The position numbers and the translations under genes were made by a program. This document shows positions 1-12,175 of a stretch of 64,000 nucleotides of DNA, piece by piece; position 1 is the first letter of the stretch, and each line of letters opens with the position of its first letter. Source of the stretch: Microthyrium microscopicum (lineage: Eukaryota); the NCBI GenBank assembly GCA_010405405.1, contig MU004238.1, forward strand, positions 1,685,530 through 1,749,529. The letters are read 5' to 3'. The notes below the pieces were generated by a model, which saw nothing but the letters and a program-made list of their open reading frames with translations, was not told the DNA's origin and made no database searches.

Positions 1-3000
1 AGGCACGCTTCTTCCGTTGACAACAGCACCGAACACTACGTCGTGGAGACCCTGCGAGCGTGCGAGTACGATGGCCCAGGCGACAGTGAGAATGGTAGCT
101 AAAGTGAAGTTTCCAGGGTTTGAGGGAACAGAGCAGGCTTTTGTAAGGAAAACAGTCCCAGCCGCGGCACTGGATCCACCAAGCTTGTCAAGCACTGTCA
201 TTTGTGAACCATTAAGTTTTTGTTTCCAATAGGATTGAGCAGCTTGCTTTGATTCGCCGTTGATATAGTGCATATATCTGGAAAATGGGATGGATTGAGG
301 TAAGATTGCTCCGCCATATGTCGTATTAATATGACGAACCAATTCTGACAGCGAAACTCCATCGTACTGGGCGTGAGATATCCTGAACACCAGTGCCTGT
401 TTGGATGGGCCGCGGATGAAGAAGAACCTGAGAAAGCTAGAGCCCAAGGCAAATTCAGACTCGATATCGGCCTTGCAGAGCTTATTGCAGTAATTGGCGA
501 CATCTTCTTTCGTTTCATGCTTTTCTCTGGGAGCTTCTAGATTTTGCAGCACAACTTGAAGGTACGAACCTTCATTTTTCACAAAGACTGTCCGCAAAAT
601 CTCATAATGATCGACAAGGTCATCGCATGCCTTTGCTAGTCGGGCCAGATCGATAGAGTGGTCGAAGTAAAATATGTTGTACTGGACTGAACTACGCGGT
701 CGACGAATTGTCGCATTGATATCCATGTCTTGAGTGTCGGATACCGGCAGAGCATCAGCAATATCCCAATTGTGGTTCTCCAGTAATGAAAGGATTTTGG
801 TTTCGGCAAACTTTGTTGAATTGGAGAGCTTAAGCAAAGAGAATGGTATTATTTTCGCCTTCGGTAATTCCTCTTCCGAAGATAAGCTGGTAAGACCCAA
901 GGCCATTTCTCTGAAATGCATTCGACGGAAAATATCGGCGACACTCAAACTATAGCCAGAAGCCCGTACAATAGAAACAAGCTTCATCGCTATTATGGAG
1001 TCTCCACCTATTTGGAAAAAGCTATCATTGGGCTTGAAGTCCTTAGATTCTAGACGAAGAACTTTCTGCCACGCTCGACGAAGAACTGCCTCTTTTTCCG
1101 ACTCCGGAGCTTGTGAAGTCGATTTTTCATTCATGTGCATCCTTTGATCATCATCAGGCTCTTGAGCCACTGCCTTCTCTATTGACCGACCCTGGTTAAT
1201 GATAATAATAGAGCCATCATTGTCGTATCTCGCCAACGCTCCTGTTTTGGAGAGACGACCAGATCGCCCAGATATTGCGCCATGTCCTTTGATGAGCCAT
1301 GACGGGTCTTGAATGGTATTTGTGGACTTAATAGGGCCTTCCAGATGTAGTTCACCAACGAAACCAATTGGGGCAAGCTTTTCATTGTCAGAAAGATGCG
1401 TGATCCACGGCACAACAACTTTCGAAAGTCGGGATTCCTCCTTGGAATTCAAAGTTGAAACGACTATGTCGTTCGTCGCTTCATCCAGTCTAGCAGGAGG
1501 TATGGCATTCCAGCTCCAGATTTGAGAAAGATCTGCATGAGACATCAAACTGACATCATGAATCAGACTATCGTGTGACCCCAAGAGTTGTTGTGTGGCA
1601 ATCTCAAACTTATCCAAGATACGCTCCATTGATTTAACAGAAATGAGGCCAGAGTCGAAGCTGGCATGTACTACAATGTCCGTTGAGCGCAAAGCACAGG
1701 CTATCATCAACGGATAAGAATTGAACTCTATGGCCTCTTCGGCAGGATCACCTCCTTTCGCAAGGAATATATTCGAACTTGGAATAATTTCATCGTCAGA
1801 TGCAGGCTCGAAAGGCTGGATAACGAATCCTGTTTTGATCTCACAGGCAAGCTGCAAATCCGAACTCAAGCGGCGAATATATTGTAACCCAGTATGCTCA
1901 TGTGGTATTCTTGTAATAGCCTCAGTATGAATGTTATGTAGATAATGGCTGCACGAAATTGCAGGATCAACAGATATCTTGACTGGCACTGTCGTAATCA
2001 TTGGGCCTTCGATCTCACCAGGTTCAGGAATTGATATTGAGCGGCCCGTCAGTGTTTCGCCAATGATGACGGAATCAGCACCTGTCAATTGCGAGGAAAT
2101 CAATGCCCACGCCCCGCGTAAAATAGTGGCAGTGGAGATGGTTGACTCGCTGGAGGGCTGCAAGATAAAGGTCTTTTTCAGTCGGACGTCGGGACGTGGT
2201 ATGTAGTTCCTGGACGGAAGTGCAGGAAACTGACGCCCACTTGCTCCCGTTAGTTCTGCTAGCCAATAATTCTTGGATTGGACAGCACTGGGTTTTGAGA
2301 TGTGTTGAATAAAACTCTTGAAAGATGGTCGCATGGGAAGCGTCAGACCTTGGTATACGGACTTGAGTCTATCAATAATAAGAGGTGTAGACCAACCATC
2401 GTAAATGGAGTGGTGGATAGTCCATACAATGGTGTACTCTTGGTGTGAGTTTGAAATCGCAGCGAAAGAGCAAAGCCTATCACCCAACGCGCGTTTTGTC
2501 TTGTGGTCTTCCTCAAGGTAATTTTGTAGGTCAGTGCCTCTGTGCCAGATGATTGTTCCCTCTGTAACAATTTGCATCAGTCCATGGCTTTCAAATTGGG
2601 CCACTCTAGTCCTCAGGGCGGAAACATCGCGAAAGACAGCGTCCCATGCTTGTATGAACTTTTCTACAGTTGATGGAGAGGGTAATTTGAAGATTCGTTG
2701 AGCTATGAAAGACTCTTCTGATCGAACAGAGAAGGCGATGAGTTGCTCTTGAAGTGGCGAGCAAGGGTAAATATCTTCGACCTCTGACACGTCAATGTCA
2801 CAAAGTTTCGCCGCCTCTGTACGAGCCTCACCGACGTCCCAGGTACTTGGTATCAGACTGAATGCAGGAATATTGGTCGAGTTGATATCATCAACAGACT
2901 GCATCTTGTGTGACATGTCAGTCAGAACTGGACTGGCAAGTATTTCAGCAACACTCAGTAGATATCCCTTAGATCGGGCAGCAGATACAAGCTTCATTGC

Positions 3001-5452
3001 CGAAATAGAATCACCTCCCATGCTAAAGAAATTGGAATCGACATTCAGCGTCGTGGGAGAGACACCCAGAACCGTGCTCCAGAGCACTCGCATCAACTCC
3101 TCCTCTGGAATACCAGTTTCCGATTTTCCATTGGCCAAGGTACCATTGGCTGTTTCTCTTGGTGCGATCAAACTTCGAAGTGTCTTCCGGTCGATTTTAC
3201 GAGAGACCATTAAGGGCAACAAGTTCACGAGAATATACTCCGAGGGGACCATATATCGAGGTAAAGTATGAGAGAGATGACTTTGCAAGCCTTCAGCCCT
3301 AGTTGCAAACCCAGAAGGCCGTGAAATGATTTTGAGCGGTTCCGAAGTTCGTGCTTCGCTTAGAGCAACAAAAGCGACTAAAGCTGGCTGAGAATTGTCG
3401 TTCTTTTTCACAACTTCGGCAACGATATCGAAGCCAGGACCCAGATATTGACGGATATGATGTTCAACTTCTCCTAACTCAACTCTCTGACCTCTGATCT
3501 TGACCTGGGTATCCTTTCGACCCACAAAAATAAGTGCCCCAGAGCCATCAGGATCATATCTGACCAAGTCGCCTGTTCTATAAAGGGGGCCCGGGCGAGG
3601 ATCAGCAGATTGGTCACTGTTGTGAAGCCATATTGGAGGTGGAATGAAAGAGGCTGCAGTCTTCTCGGGATCATTGAGATAGCCTTGTCCGACTACGGGT
3701 CCTTCAACCAACAGCTCGCCTACTGCGCCAATTGGGACAAGCAATTCCGCATCATCAGGGTCTGCAAGCCACAGACATGCTCCAGTTGGCTGGCCAATAT
3801 TGACATAGTCCTTTCCTGTGTCTGCAGAACTATTGATGGTGCATCCCACCGTACATTCTGAGGGACCATAGCCAATCACGATTCTGGTGGACTTTCCCCA
3901 AAGAGAGACATCGCGAGGAGATACAGCTTCGCCACCCAGTCCGAGGCTATGTAACTGACTGATGACATCGTCGTCTAGAATCCGAGCAATCGAAGGTGTA
4001 AGGTTAGCCATGGTGATGGACATGTTGCGAATCAAGCCATTAAGATTGTTGAGTCGGTCTTCGTCAGATGGTATACACAAGCAGCCGCCTTGCATGAGAG
4101 TGCACAGCATGCTGTCAATGCTCACGTCGAAAGCATAAGAGGCAAAGTCCAATACTCGAGTGTCGGATTTGTAGCCTACAGTTTGACATCGCGGGATAGC
4201 TCCACTAGTATAAGTTTCATGAGAGATAACGACTCCTTTGGGCTTCCCTGTGCTTCCAGAAGTGAAAATTATATATAAAATCGAGGAAGGTGAAACATTT
4301 GGTAAAGTAGTGATGCTTTCTCCAGCTGTGACTATTTGCTCAGTGCTGAAGAAAGTTTCAGAGAGAGCAAAGACATGCGCATCTGGGAGAATATCTTTTC
4401 CGAGTTGAGATAAAGACTTGGATGTGATCATAGTAGTGGCCGAAACTTGTTCTGCAATAGTGGCAAGTCGAGCTTTGGGCTGACTCGGATCCATGAGAAC
4501 AAAGGTGAATCCAGCTTTCATAACAGCAAGAACTGCAATTACCGTCCAGCGAGATTTGGAAAAGCATATCGGAATGGCTGCTCCTTGTTTGATCCTTAAT
4601 TTCAAGATCATATACGCCAGTTGTGTAGAGTATGTTTGGACTTGTGTATATGTGAATTTGCCATCCCAAGCATCAATAGCGAGGGCATTGGGTGAGACAT
4701 TTGCTTGGGAAGAAATCAGTTCGTGGCTACATTGAGATATATTTGCAGGGAGGCGATGATTCCAAGTCCACAACTGGCTCAGCTCCCAGTCTTGAACTTT
4801 GGTCGCCTCCTTGATGCTAATATTTTGATTTGCAATCAGCAGGTTCAAAATATGAGCCAGAGATCTGATGTGACAATTGGCTGAGAACTCGTCTCTCGAT
4901 TTTGGATTCCATGAGGATCGAGCCCAAAGATATCCTTCCAAGATAAAGCAATCAATCCTTATTTGAGCCTTGAAGATAATGTTAGTAGGAACTCAAGATA
5001 CGTGTGATATAGCAAGGAGTGCTGCTTACTTCCGAATCGTCTGGCTCCAAGCCTGCAGCTAACAATGATCCATCAATGAATGATAGAGTCCTGATTTTGC
5101 GATGCGTGGTTCCAATGGATAGGTTTGTCGAAGACAACTGGTCTCGAATGGAATTAGTGAATCTATCAAGTGCGATATCCCTATCCTGGAGCAAGTTCTC
5201 CTGGATAAATGCGCGCGACAAGATATTGTCTGGGTGGCCCTGATTTTCGATATGACCTTGACCCCAACCAAGAGCTGGTATAGCATCGCCATGGTACCGG
5301 TAAACCGTTAGTATCCAAGAGAGAAGTAGCAAGTGCTCGAAATCGGAGCTACATGCAGGATGATCCTTCAAACCCGAGTCTAGCTTGTAATCGACCTTGA
5401 AAGGTTGAAAGCCAGACTGAGTGGTAAATTGGACTTGTAGTATATCCGTCAT
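1..5452 (-). CDS. sidD: Siderophore non-ribosomal peptide synthetase, SidD/NPS6 type (A-T-C-dA-T-C), 3' end outside window
   Basis: ATG at 5452; intron 5029-4969 (GTAAG...CTAAC...AAG). Exon 2 appears open to the window edge; frame was checked at several motifs. A-domain motifs AIDAWDG, YIIFTSGSTGKPKG (~4230-4280) and GELLVEGP. T domains FFSMGGDSI (~3010) and FFQIGGDSI (~1005). C-domain motifs HHSIYDGW (~2410) and SHAQYDGVS (~370). Lies among siderophore genes. Confidence 0.9.
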
Positions 5453-6384
5453 GTTCAACAGGCGTTAGACGTTAATGAACGCCTTTCTGAATTTGAAACC
5501 AATATTCTGGTCTCGATACCTATCATTCGAGGAGCTTCAAAGACAATGTAGAATAGGAAATTAGATCTTTTGCAGCACTAATCCCCAAGAGAATACATGC
5601 TTGGTCGAACATCTGAAAATACACGGTGACGCTGTCAACCCTTCGCGAGGAGGACGACGAAAAGGAAAGCCGGATTCAAACCTGCATGACAAAAGGTATT
5701 GAATGCTTACCATTCTTTACAGTCGCAAACAGATCGCACTGTGACCTACCTAATGGAGCTGGGCCCGACCTGAAAATGACATACGGTGCCTTCGCAAGTT
5801 TAGCGAACACATTTCTCTCTTAATCCCTTGTAGCCAGCTAGGGTCAAAGGTAGGGAAAGTAGTCAATGGAGTGATCTTCATGGCTACCATAATCAACACG
5901 CACTATGGTGACATTGAGTATGCCGCCTGCAACAGCCGAGGCGGCAAGGGCCAAAATTGCGGTGATATTCCAAAGCAGTCGAAACTTGAATGTGCTGTTT
6001 GGCTGGTCGGTCAAACCACACTACCGTATATCTTGCTCTTGCACGGCGAATGTGTTCACTGGCAAACTTGCCCATGCAGCAAAACACTAGGTTTAGAGAT
6101 AGTGGCAGGCGCCCGAACGGCGGTGCCAAAATTCCAGCATGTATCATCATGTAATTGGTGGCGCGTCTTTGAGCCGAGAACAGACGGGCCAGGTTTCGAG
6201 GCACTAAGGTGGTTATGTATGCTGCAAGAGCTAGGACGGGTATCGCGACATGATCTTCCACGGCTTCACCAAGCTGCTGGTCGTCGAAAACCGGCAACTG
6301 GTTGGGATAGATGGAAAGCAAAGTTGAGAAAATGTGGATAGGCGAAGGACTACACGAAAAATGGATCTGAATCCCTGAATATCA

Positions 6385-6413
6385 TTATCTAATCTGATGC
6401 CATCTTATCAGAT
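6385..6413. promoter_or_regulatory. SreA-type GATA boxes in the divergent NRPS/sidF promoter
   Basis: TTATCAGAT at 6405-6413 (reverse complement ATCTGATAA) and variant TTATCTAAT at 6385-6393. Confidence 0.65.
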
Positions 6414-6766
6414 TTTTGCCCCTTTTGTTTACTACCAAGCAACTGCATCCCACGAACTTTGCTGGCATTGCTGCAACCCAGGAAAATCTCGCTCTCCCTA
6501 GTCGTGTTGACGAGCAATCCAACAGCTTGTTCTGAGACCCACCATCTCGTCATACGGAAGCGTAAGAAAAAAAATGTCAAAGAAGCAATGGCGCTTCCTA
6601 ACCCCGATGTCGCCAGCGATTGCTGCGCGATTGTCCGACTGCTACTTTGCGCTCATGAATGCCCCGTTGATTTTTGGTCCTGGTGAGATTCTACACTTTC
6701 GTAGTTGCCCTGATTGACGCCCTTTCGTGTTTGCTACGCTTTGTATTTGATAAGCTATCTGAAGCA

Positions 6767-8089
6767 ATGGCTCTATTACCGGAATCAAGCAGTCAAGCGC
6801 CTCTCAAGTCTATGGCACTGGCAAAGCTTGCATTACCACATCCATTCCTGACTGAATTTCTTGTTGTACCATCATTGAACACCAACAATGATGGGTCTAC
6901 TCTTTTGCAGATACGTCCTGCCCAATCAGGAAAGGGCATCGCACTGAGCTCACCACTTCATCGCGATGACCTTCACTTCACCGTTCCTCAGGCCACAGAG
7001 CACTCATCACAGTTAGACTCGTCGGACAACACTCAATGGGCGAGGTCTCAAAGAGCATCACGGGCTATCTTCTGGTGGGAAACCACCTCACCACCTACTA
7101 CTGGTCAAATATGGCTGATCGTGTATGCGCTTCTCATCATGAAGCCAGAGTTGGAGGTCTTTCGTGTCGAACTCAGCGGACACGATAACTCTATCGTTGC
7201 GACAAACCTCAAATCATCCAGTCTTGCCCATGAGCATCCAAGACCCCATGGACAGGACGACTTTTCTATTTGCACAGACCTGATTATATCGAGAAGTGCT
7301 TTTTGGCAAGGGGCAGCTTCTCCTTTTGGAGCTCGTTCAGCTTGGACCCCTTCATCTCGCGAGACAATCAACGTTGAAGCGACCGACTTTACGATCACCA
7401 CCAGATTTCCAGACCGTCTGGTACACCAACGACATCCTCGCCGACCTCACAAACCTACACCTAATAGCGTCGTATACAGCCGCTACATCCCATCGCTTGA
7501 CGAGCATTTTTCGTTGATAGCCCTCGACTATGAAAACGAGAAACATGTCCAGCTGTTCCATAAATGGCAAAACGATCCACGAGTTGCGCAAGGCTGGAAG
7601 GAAACTGGCACGCTCGAAGAGCACCGCACCTATCTCAAGAAACAGAATGACGATCCTCACACGTTGACAGTATTTGGCCGATTTAATGACACCTGCTTTT
7701 CATACTTTGAAATATATTGGGCCAAAGAAGACCATGTAGGAGCACATTACAATGCTGGAGATTTTGATCGAGGTCGCCACTCTCTAGTAGGAGACGCTAG
7801 GTATAGAGGGCGACATAGGGTTCTCGCTTGGTGGTCATGTATTGTGCACTACATATTCCTCGACGATCACCGTACCGATGCCGTTATTGGGGAACCTCTT
7901 TGGTCAAATGATCAAGTTTTGATCTATGATTATACACACGGCTTCCATTTGGTCAAGTATATCGACTTTCCTCATAAACGTGCGGCTTTGGTTCAAGTGT
8001 CGAGAGAACGATTCTTTCAAATTTCACCTTTGACTCAAAAAGGCGGGTTTGTCGCAGGTACTGGTTTGCCGCTACCAGCGAGATTGTAG
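6767..8089 (+). CDS. sidF: N5-hydroxyornithine acyltransferase (SidF, IucB-like GNAT), C-terminal PTS1-like ARL
   Basis: Intronless ORF with HKWQNDPRVAQGW, YFEIYWAKED, DRGRHSLVG and FPHKRAAL motifs; first ATG at 6767; ends PARL. Confidence 0.9.
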   Translation: MALLPESSSQAPLKSMALAKLALPHPFLTEFLVVPSLNTNNDGSTLLQIRPAQSGKGIALSSPLHRDDLHFTVPQATEHSSQLDSSDNTQWARSQRASRAIFWWETTSPPTTGQIWLIVYALLIMKPELEVFRVELSGHDNSIVATNLKSSSLAHEHPRPHGQDDFSICTDLIISRSAFWQGAASPFGARSAWTPSSRETINVEATDFTITTRFPDRLVHQRHPRRPHKPTPNSVVYSRYIPSLDEHFSLIALDYENEKHVQLFHKWQNDPRVAQGWKETGTLEEHRTYLKKQNDDPHTLTVFGRFNDTCFSYFEIYWAKEDHVGAHYNAGDFDRGRHSLVGDARYRGRHRVLAWWSCIVHYIFLDDHRTDAVIGEPLWSNDQVLIYDYTHGFHLVKYIDFPHKRAALVQVSRERFFQISPLTQKGGFVAGTGLPLPARL

Positions 8090-8440
8090 TGTAGCATTTT
8101 ACGATAATATTCATAACGCAACATTGCAAGTAATTTTTAGTTCCATGTGCCTTTCGTAATCCAAAGCTTTCTCGACCATACATGTGGCCTGCTAAATTGA
8201 CGATGACCACTCTGGCGTAGAGCCGATTTTGACTTAGCCAGTAGAACTGAGTAATCAACGAGAACGAGCTTAGAGAGGCAGCGATTTTCAACGAAAGAAT
8301 AAATTTAGCGCACATGTGTTGCAGGGACAAATTTAAAGCTTTGCTGCACCCACAGAGTACTTTGACTTGGTACCTCGTCCCCAACCACGCTTTTCAACCT
8401 TTAATATCTCAACCCAAAGCCAATTCCGATTCAAGTCAAC

Positions 8441-10221
8441 ATGGCAGAATATATGCAAGCCCATATCAATCAAAGTGCTCCTGCTGGATCAAAACAATCC
8501 CTTTCTATTATTCATGGCCCATCGTATCCTCCACTTATTACATTGACCATTTCACAAATGCTAGATCTACAATGTCGACAATTTGGCTCGCGAGAATGTC
8601 TTATTGTACCTTGGACTGGAGCAAGATGGACATACAACCAACTGCGGGAGCAAAGCATTGTCCTCGCCAAAATGATGCTTGACGTTGGAATTCTACCTGG
8701 AGATCGAATTGCCATAATGGCAGGAAACTGCGAACAATATGTGGCAACATTGTTTGCCGCTTCTCGCATTGGTGCCATTCTAGTAGTTTTGAACAATACG
8801 TACACTGCATCAGAAGCACTGCGAGCTATCCATCATACCGAAAGCAGACTGCTTTTTACTACACTCAAAATTGGGAGCTTGGATAATTCACTTTTACTCT
8901 CTGAGCTTTGCAGCAGTTTAGACTCTGCCCCGGCTCTGGAGGAAATCATCATTCTGACCGGCGAGTCCAATGGGTTCCGCGCATATGAGGAAGCTATTGA
9001 AGCTGGTAATTACCTGAACAGCGAGGCCCTTGACAGCATTCAAGTGACTATTAAATCTCACGAGGTTTGCATGCTTTTGTTCACTTCAGGTTCCACTGGC
9101 AATCCCAAAGCCGCGAGTCTCACACATCAGTAAGTGTAAGATGATAGATTCCTTAGACCTACCATGCTAATAAAATTAGTAACGTTGTCAACAACTCTCG
9201 ATTCATCGGCAATCGCATGAATCTCACCAAAGACGATGTACTATGTTGTCCACCACCACTTTTCCATTGCTTCGGCCTAGTGCTTGGTCTGTTGGCAGTA
9301 ATGACACATGGCGGAAAAATTGTATATCCTGCAGAAATTTTCGATCCTCCAGCAACCCTCAAAGCCATCTACGATGAAGGATGTACCGCACTACATGGAG
9401 TGCCAGCCATGTTTGATTCCCTCTTCTCCTTACCGAGGAAGGGGCTTGGCAAACCAAAACTGCGCACGGGAATCGTTGCTGGTTCGCCTGTCCCTCGTCA
9501 CATCATGGAAAAAATGATCAACGAGTTTGGCATGTCGGAATTTACCAGTAGCTATGGTCTGACTGAAGCGTCCCCAACATGTTTCAACTCTTTTACGCAC
9601 GACAGCATCAGAAGGAAACTTACCACTGTTGGTACGCTGATGCCGCATGCGCATGCAAAGATTGTCGATCGAAAAGGAAGGATTGTGCCAACTGGCCAGC
9701 GAGGCGAGTTGTGCATTGCGGGCTATCAGCTGCAGGCTGGATACTGGCAAAATCAAGAGAAGACATCGGAGGTCATGATGTATGATCAAGACGGTGTTCT
9801 ATGGCTACATACTGGTGATGAGGCGGTCTTCGACAATGATGGGTACTGCAGTATCACTGGGAGATTTAAGGACCTCATTATCAGGGGCGGCGAGAACATA
9901 TATCCACTGGAGATTGAAGAGCGACTGGTTGCTCATCCTGGAGTTCTGCGCGCTGTGGTGGTAGGCATCAAGCACCATAGACTTGGAGAGGTTGTAGGTG
10001 CGTTTTTGCAAGGCAAAGAACAAAGCTCTCACCCAACTGATTTGGAATTGCGATCATGGACGCAGAGACGCTTGGGTAAGCATAAAAGCCCGCAGCATAT
10101 CTTCTGGCTTGGGGAAGGTGGTATGCCAGCTCAAATTCCTTTGACTGGTAGTGGGAAGATTCAGAAATATGTGTTGAGGGATATTGCAGAAAGCTGTCTC
10201 ATGAGAGCTTCAAAATTGTGA
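8441..10221 (+). CDS. sidI: Acyl-CoA ligase, mevalonyl-CoA ligase SidI-like, C-terminal SKL
   Basis: Exons 8441-9129 and 9180-10221 (GTAAGT...CTAAT...TAG). AMP-binding motifs FTSGSTGNPK, CCPPPLFHCFG, YGLTE, TGD and GRFKDLIIRGGENIYP. Confidence 0.85.
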
Positions 10222-10342
10222 ATACGTCATCAAGGTTGCCCAATAGATTAGAATATTTGCAGAGACGTTTTATAGCAAGACATGAATATACGAGAGCTAA
10301 GCTAATGAAGAGCAAATTACACTTGTGTACCAAATTCAAAAA

Positions 10343-11695
10343 TCATAGGCGGGCAGTTTCAGGAATTACTCTACGACCGGTATATCCCTCTGGCGACTCG
10401 GAAGATGAATATTGTGTCAAAGTGCGCAGAAGTTGCTCTGTCCTGAGAGCTAGATTCTCAAAAGAGTTTCCGGTAGCATACTCATCTCGTAGAATCCATG
10501 CGCCATTGGCACCTTCAATCCGAGGAGCCAAAGGCTCGTCCTCGGCACTGTTGACAACTTTCTCTGAACGACCAATGATATTCTTCAATTGTGCCATCAA
10601 ATGTGATTGCTTCACGTCGGCGTATCTGGAGGAGACAAAAATATAGTCAAACGCGTCAGAGCAAAATCCAGAGTCGGTACCAGTGTTCCAACATTTCAAG
10701 ACAATTTGATCGAACAGTTTAGAGGTTCCTATGACAGAAGTGCAAGGAAAGATCTCCGAGTTTCCTGGCTTTTGTTTGTGCTTTCGTACCAACTCAGTGT
10801 AGCGCTTTTCGTACAGGCTATGTAGTTGCTCATGCTGCACACTAGGATGAATTGAAGCTTGGGTAGTCGACTCGGAAAACTCGTGTGCTGCTAGACTGGT
10901 TAAGCTATTGTCGTGTTAGTTCTACTGTGAGATGAGTAGAAACGCAGCTTACAATGGGTTGCTATCATGCAAGCGCAGAAATGGCCCCTCATGAAGTAGT
11001 GTGATCTTTGCACCATCCAACCGTTGGCAATACTGGAAAATATCCAAAGCCTCGTCATTGCCGCCTACTACGGCTATGTTAAGAGATGATCCGTTCCATT
11101 GATTCAGGTCGGAAGTATGTTGTGTGAACTCAGAGGTGTGAAAGATACGTTGCCCGACGTTGTGATATGGTACCCATTTGGGCATATCAGGACTGCTAGT
11201 CTGTGAGAGGATGATTGTTTTTGCTCTTATCTTAGTCTCCTGCCCATCGCATTTCCTGGACGTGACCTGAAATTGCCGGCGAGCAGAGGCATGACCGCTG
11301 AGCTGAGCAATAGACTGAACATCCTGATCATATTTGACCCATCCTGTAGTTTCCATTTTCTCTGCACACCAATTCAGATAGTTGCTGAATAGCTGGCGGG
11401 GAGGGTTTATTGCAGAAAGGTTGGTATACATGACAAGCATATCGGTGCTCCACAGATAATTGACGAGCGTAAATTTGGAGAGCGGATTTCGAGGAGTGAC
11501 CAGATCCTGCATGAAGTTCGATTGCATCTTGGACCTCTCGAAGGGTAACCGGCTGCCTTGCCATGAGAACCGTTTCTCCTTTTCCAGGAAGAGCACCTTG
11601 AGTTTTGGCTGTTGCTCATAAAGCCCAATCGCGAGAGATAGAGCAGCAGAACCAAAGCCCACACAAACAATGTCGTAGACTTCGGTGGCGGCCAT
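10343..11695 (-). CDS. Divergent L-ornithine N5-monooxygenase (SidA) paralog, 434 aa
   Basis: Exons 11695-10953 and 10904-10343, joined in frame by a GTAAG...CTAAC...TAG intron. N-terminus YDIVCVGFGSAA, VLFLEK and DLVTPRNPLSKFTLVNYL matches the SidA family; ends ARL. Confidence 0.8.
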
Positions 11696-12023
11696 AATCT
11701 TGTTCTGAAGAGAGATTAAAAAAATGATCTTAAATAGAGAATATGTCAGTCACAAAATGATCAAACGTTCTTGCAAAACCTCTTGACTTCGCGAAGCCAG
11801 TCTACGAATGAAAAAGGCACATCCCGCTAAGTGTCTTCAAAACATAGTTTACAAAACGGCTTGGCTTGTTAATTACCGACTAAGTTTCACTCTGTCATTG
11901 TCCGATCGCAAAGTTGCACAAAGACTGTCAGTGATCTACCGGACGCTGAATGCAACGTGCGCAAGGCGTCGAAATGACAGCATTAAGGACTATCTGCCTA
12001 GAATTACACCACTTTGACCTAGA

Positions 12024-12175
12024 TGTTATAAGAATATAAGAAATAAAGCGTAGTTAATTACTATAAGAGTCTAAGGGCCTAATATAGTTTTTAAGACACG
12101 CTAATTAAGGAATTATATTATCCTTAATTAGGTCCTATAATTATCTAATCCTTTAGTATATTCTTTATTATAATA
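12024..12175 (-). repeat. 3' LTR
   Basis: Direct repeat of 21474-21625; differences are mostly transitions. Confidence 0.9.

Noticed and set aside
198..4735. Many short ORFs in the track over the NRPS region
   Set aside because: Alternate-frame or antisense shadows of the NRPS exon, which the track omits, probably because it has no stop inside the window.
5626..6400. Overlapping short ORFs (142-156 aa) between the NRPS and sidF, considered as sidH or a pseudogene
   Set aside because: No crotonase motifs, non-ATG starts and no consistent splice model; treated as intergenic, though a decayed gene cannot be excluded.
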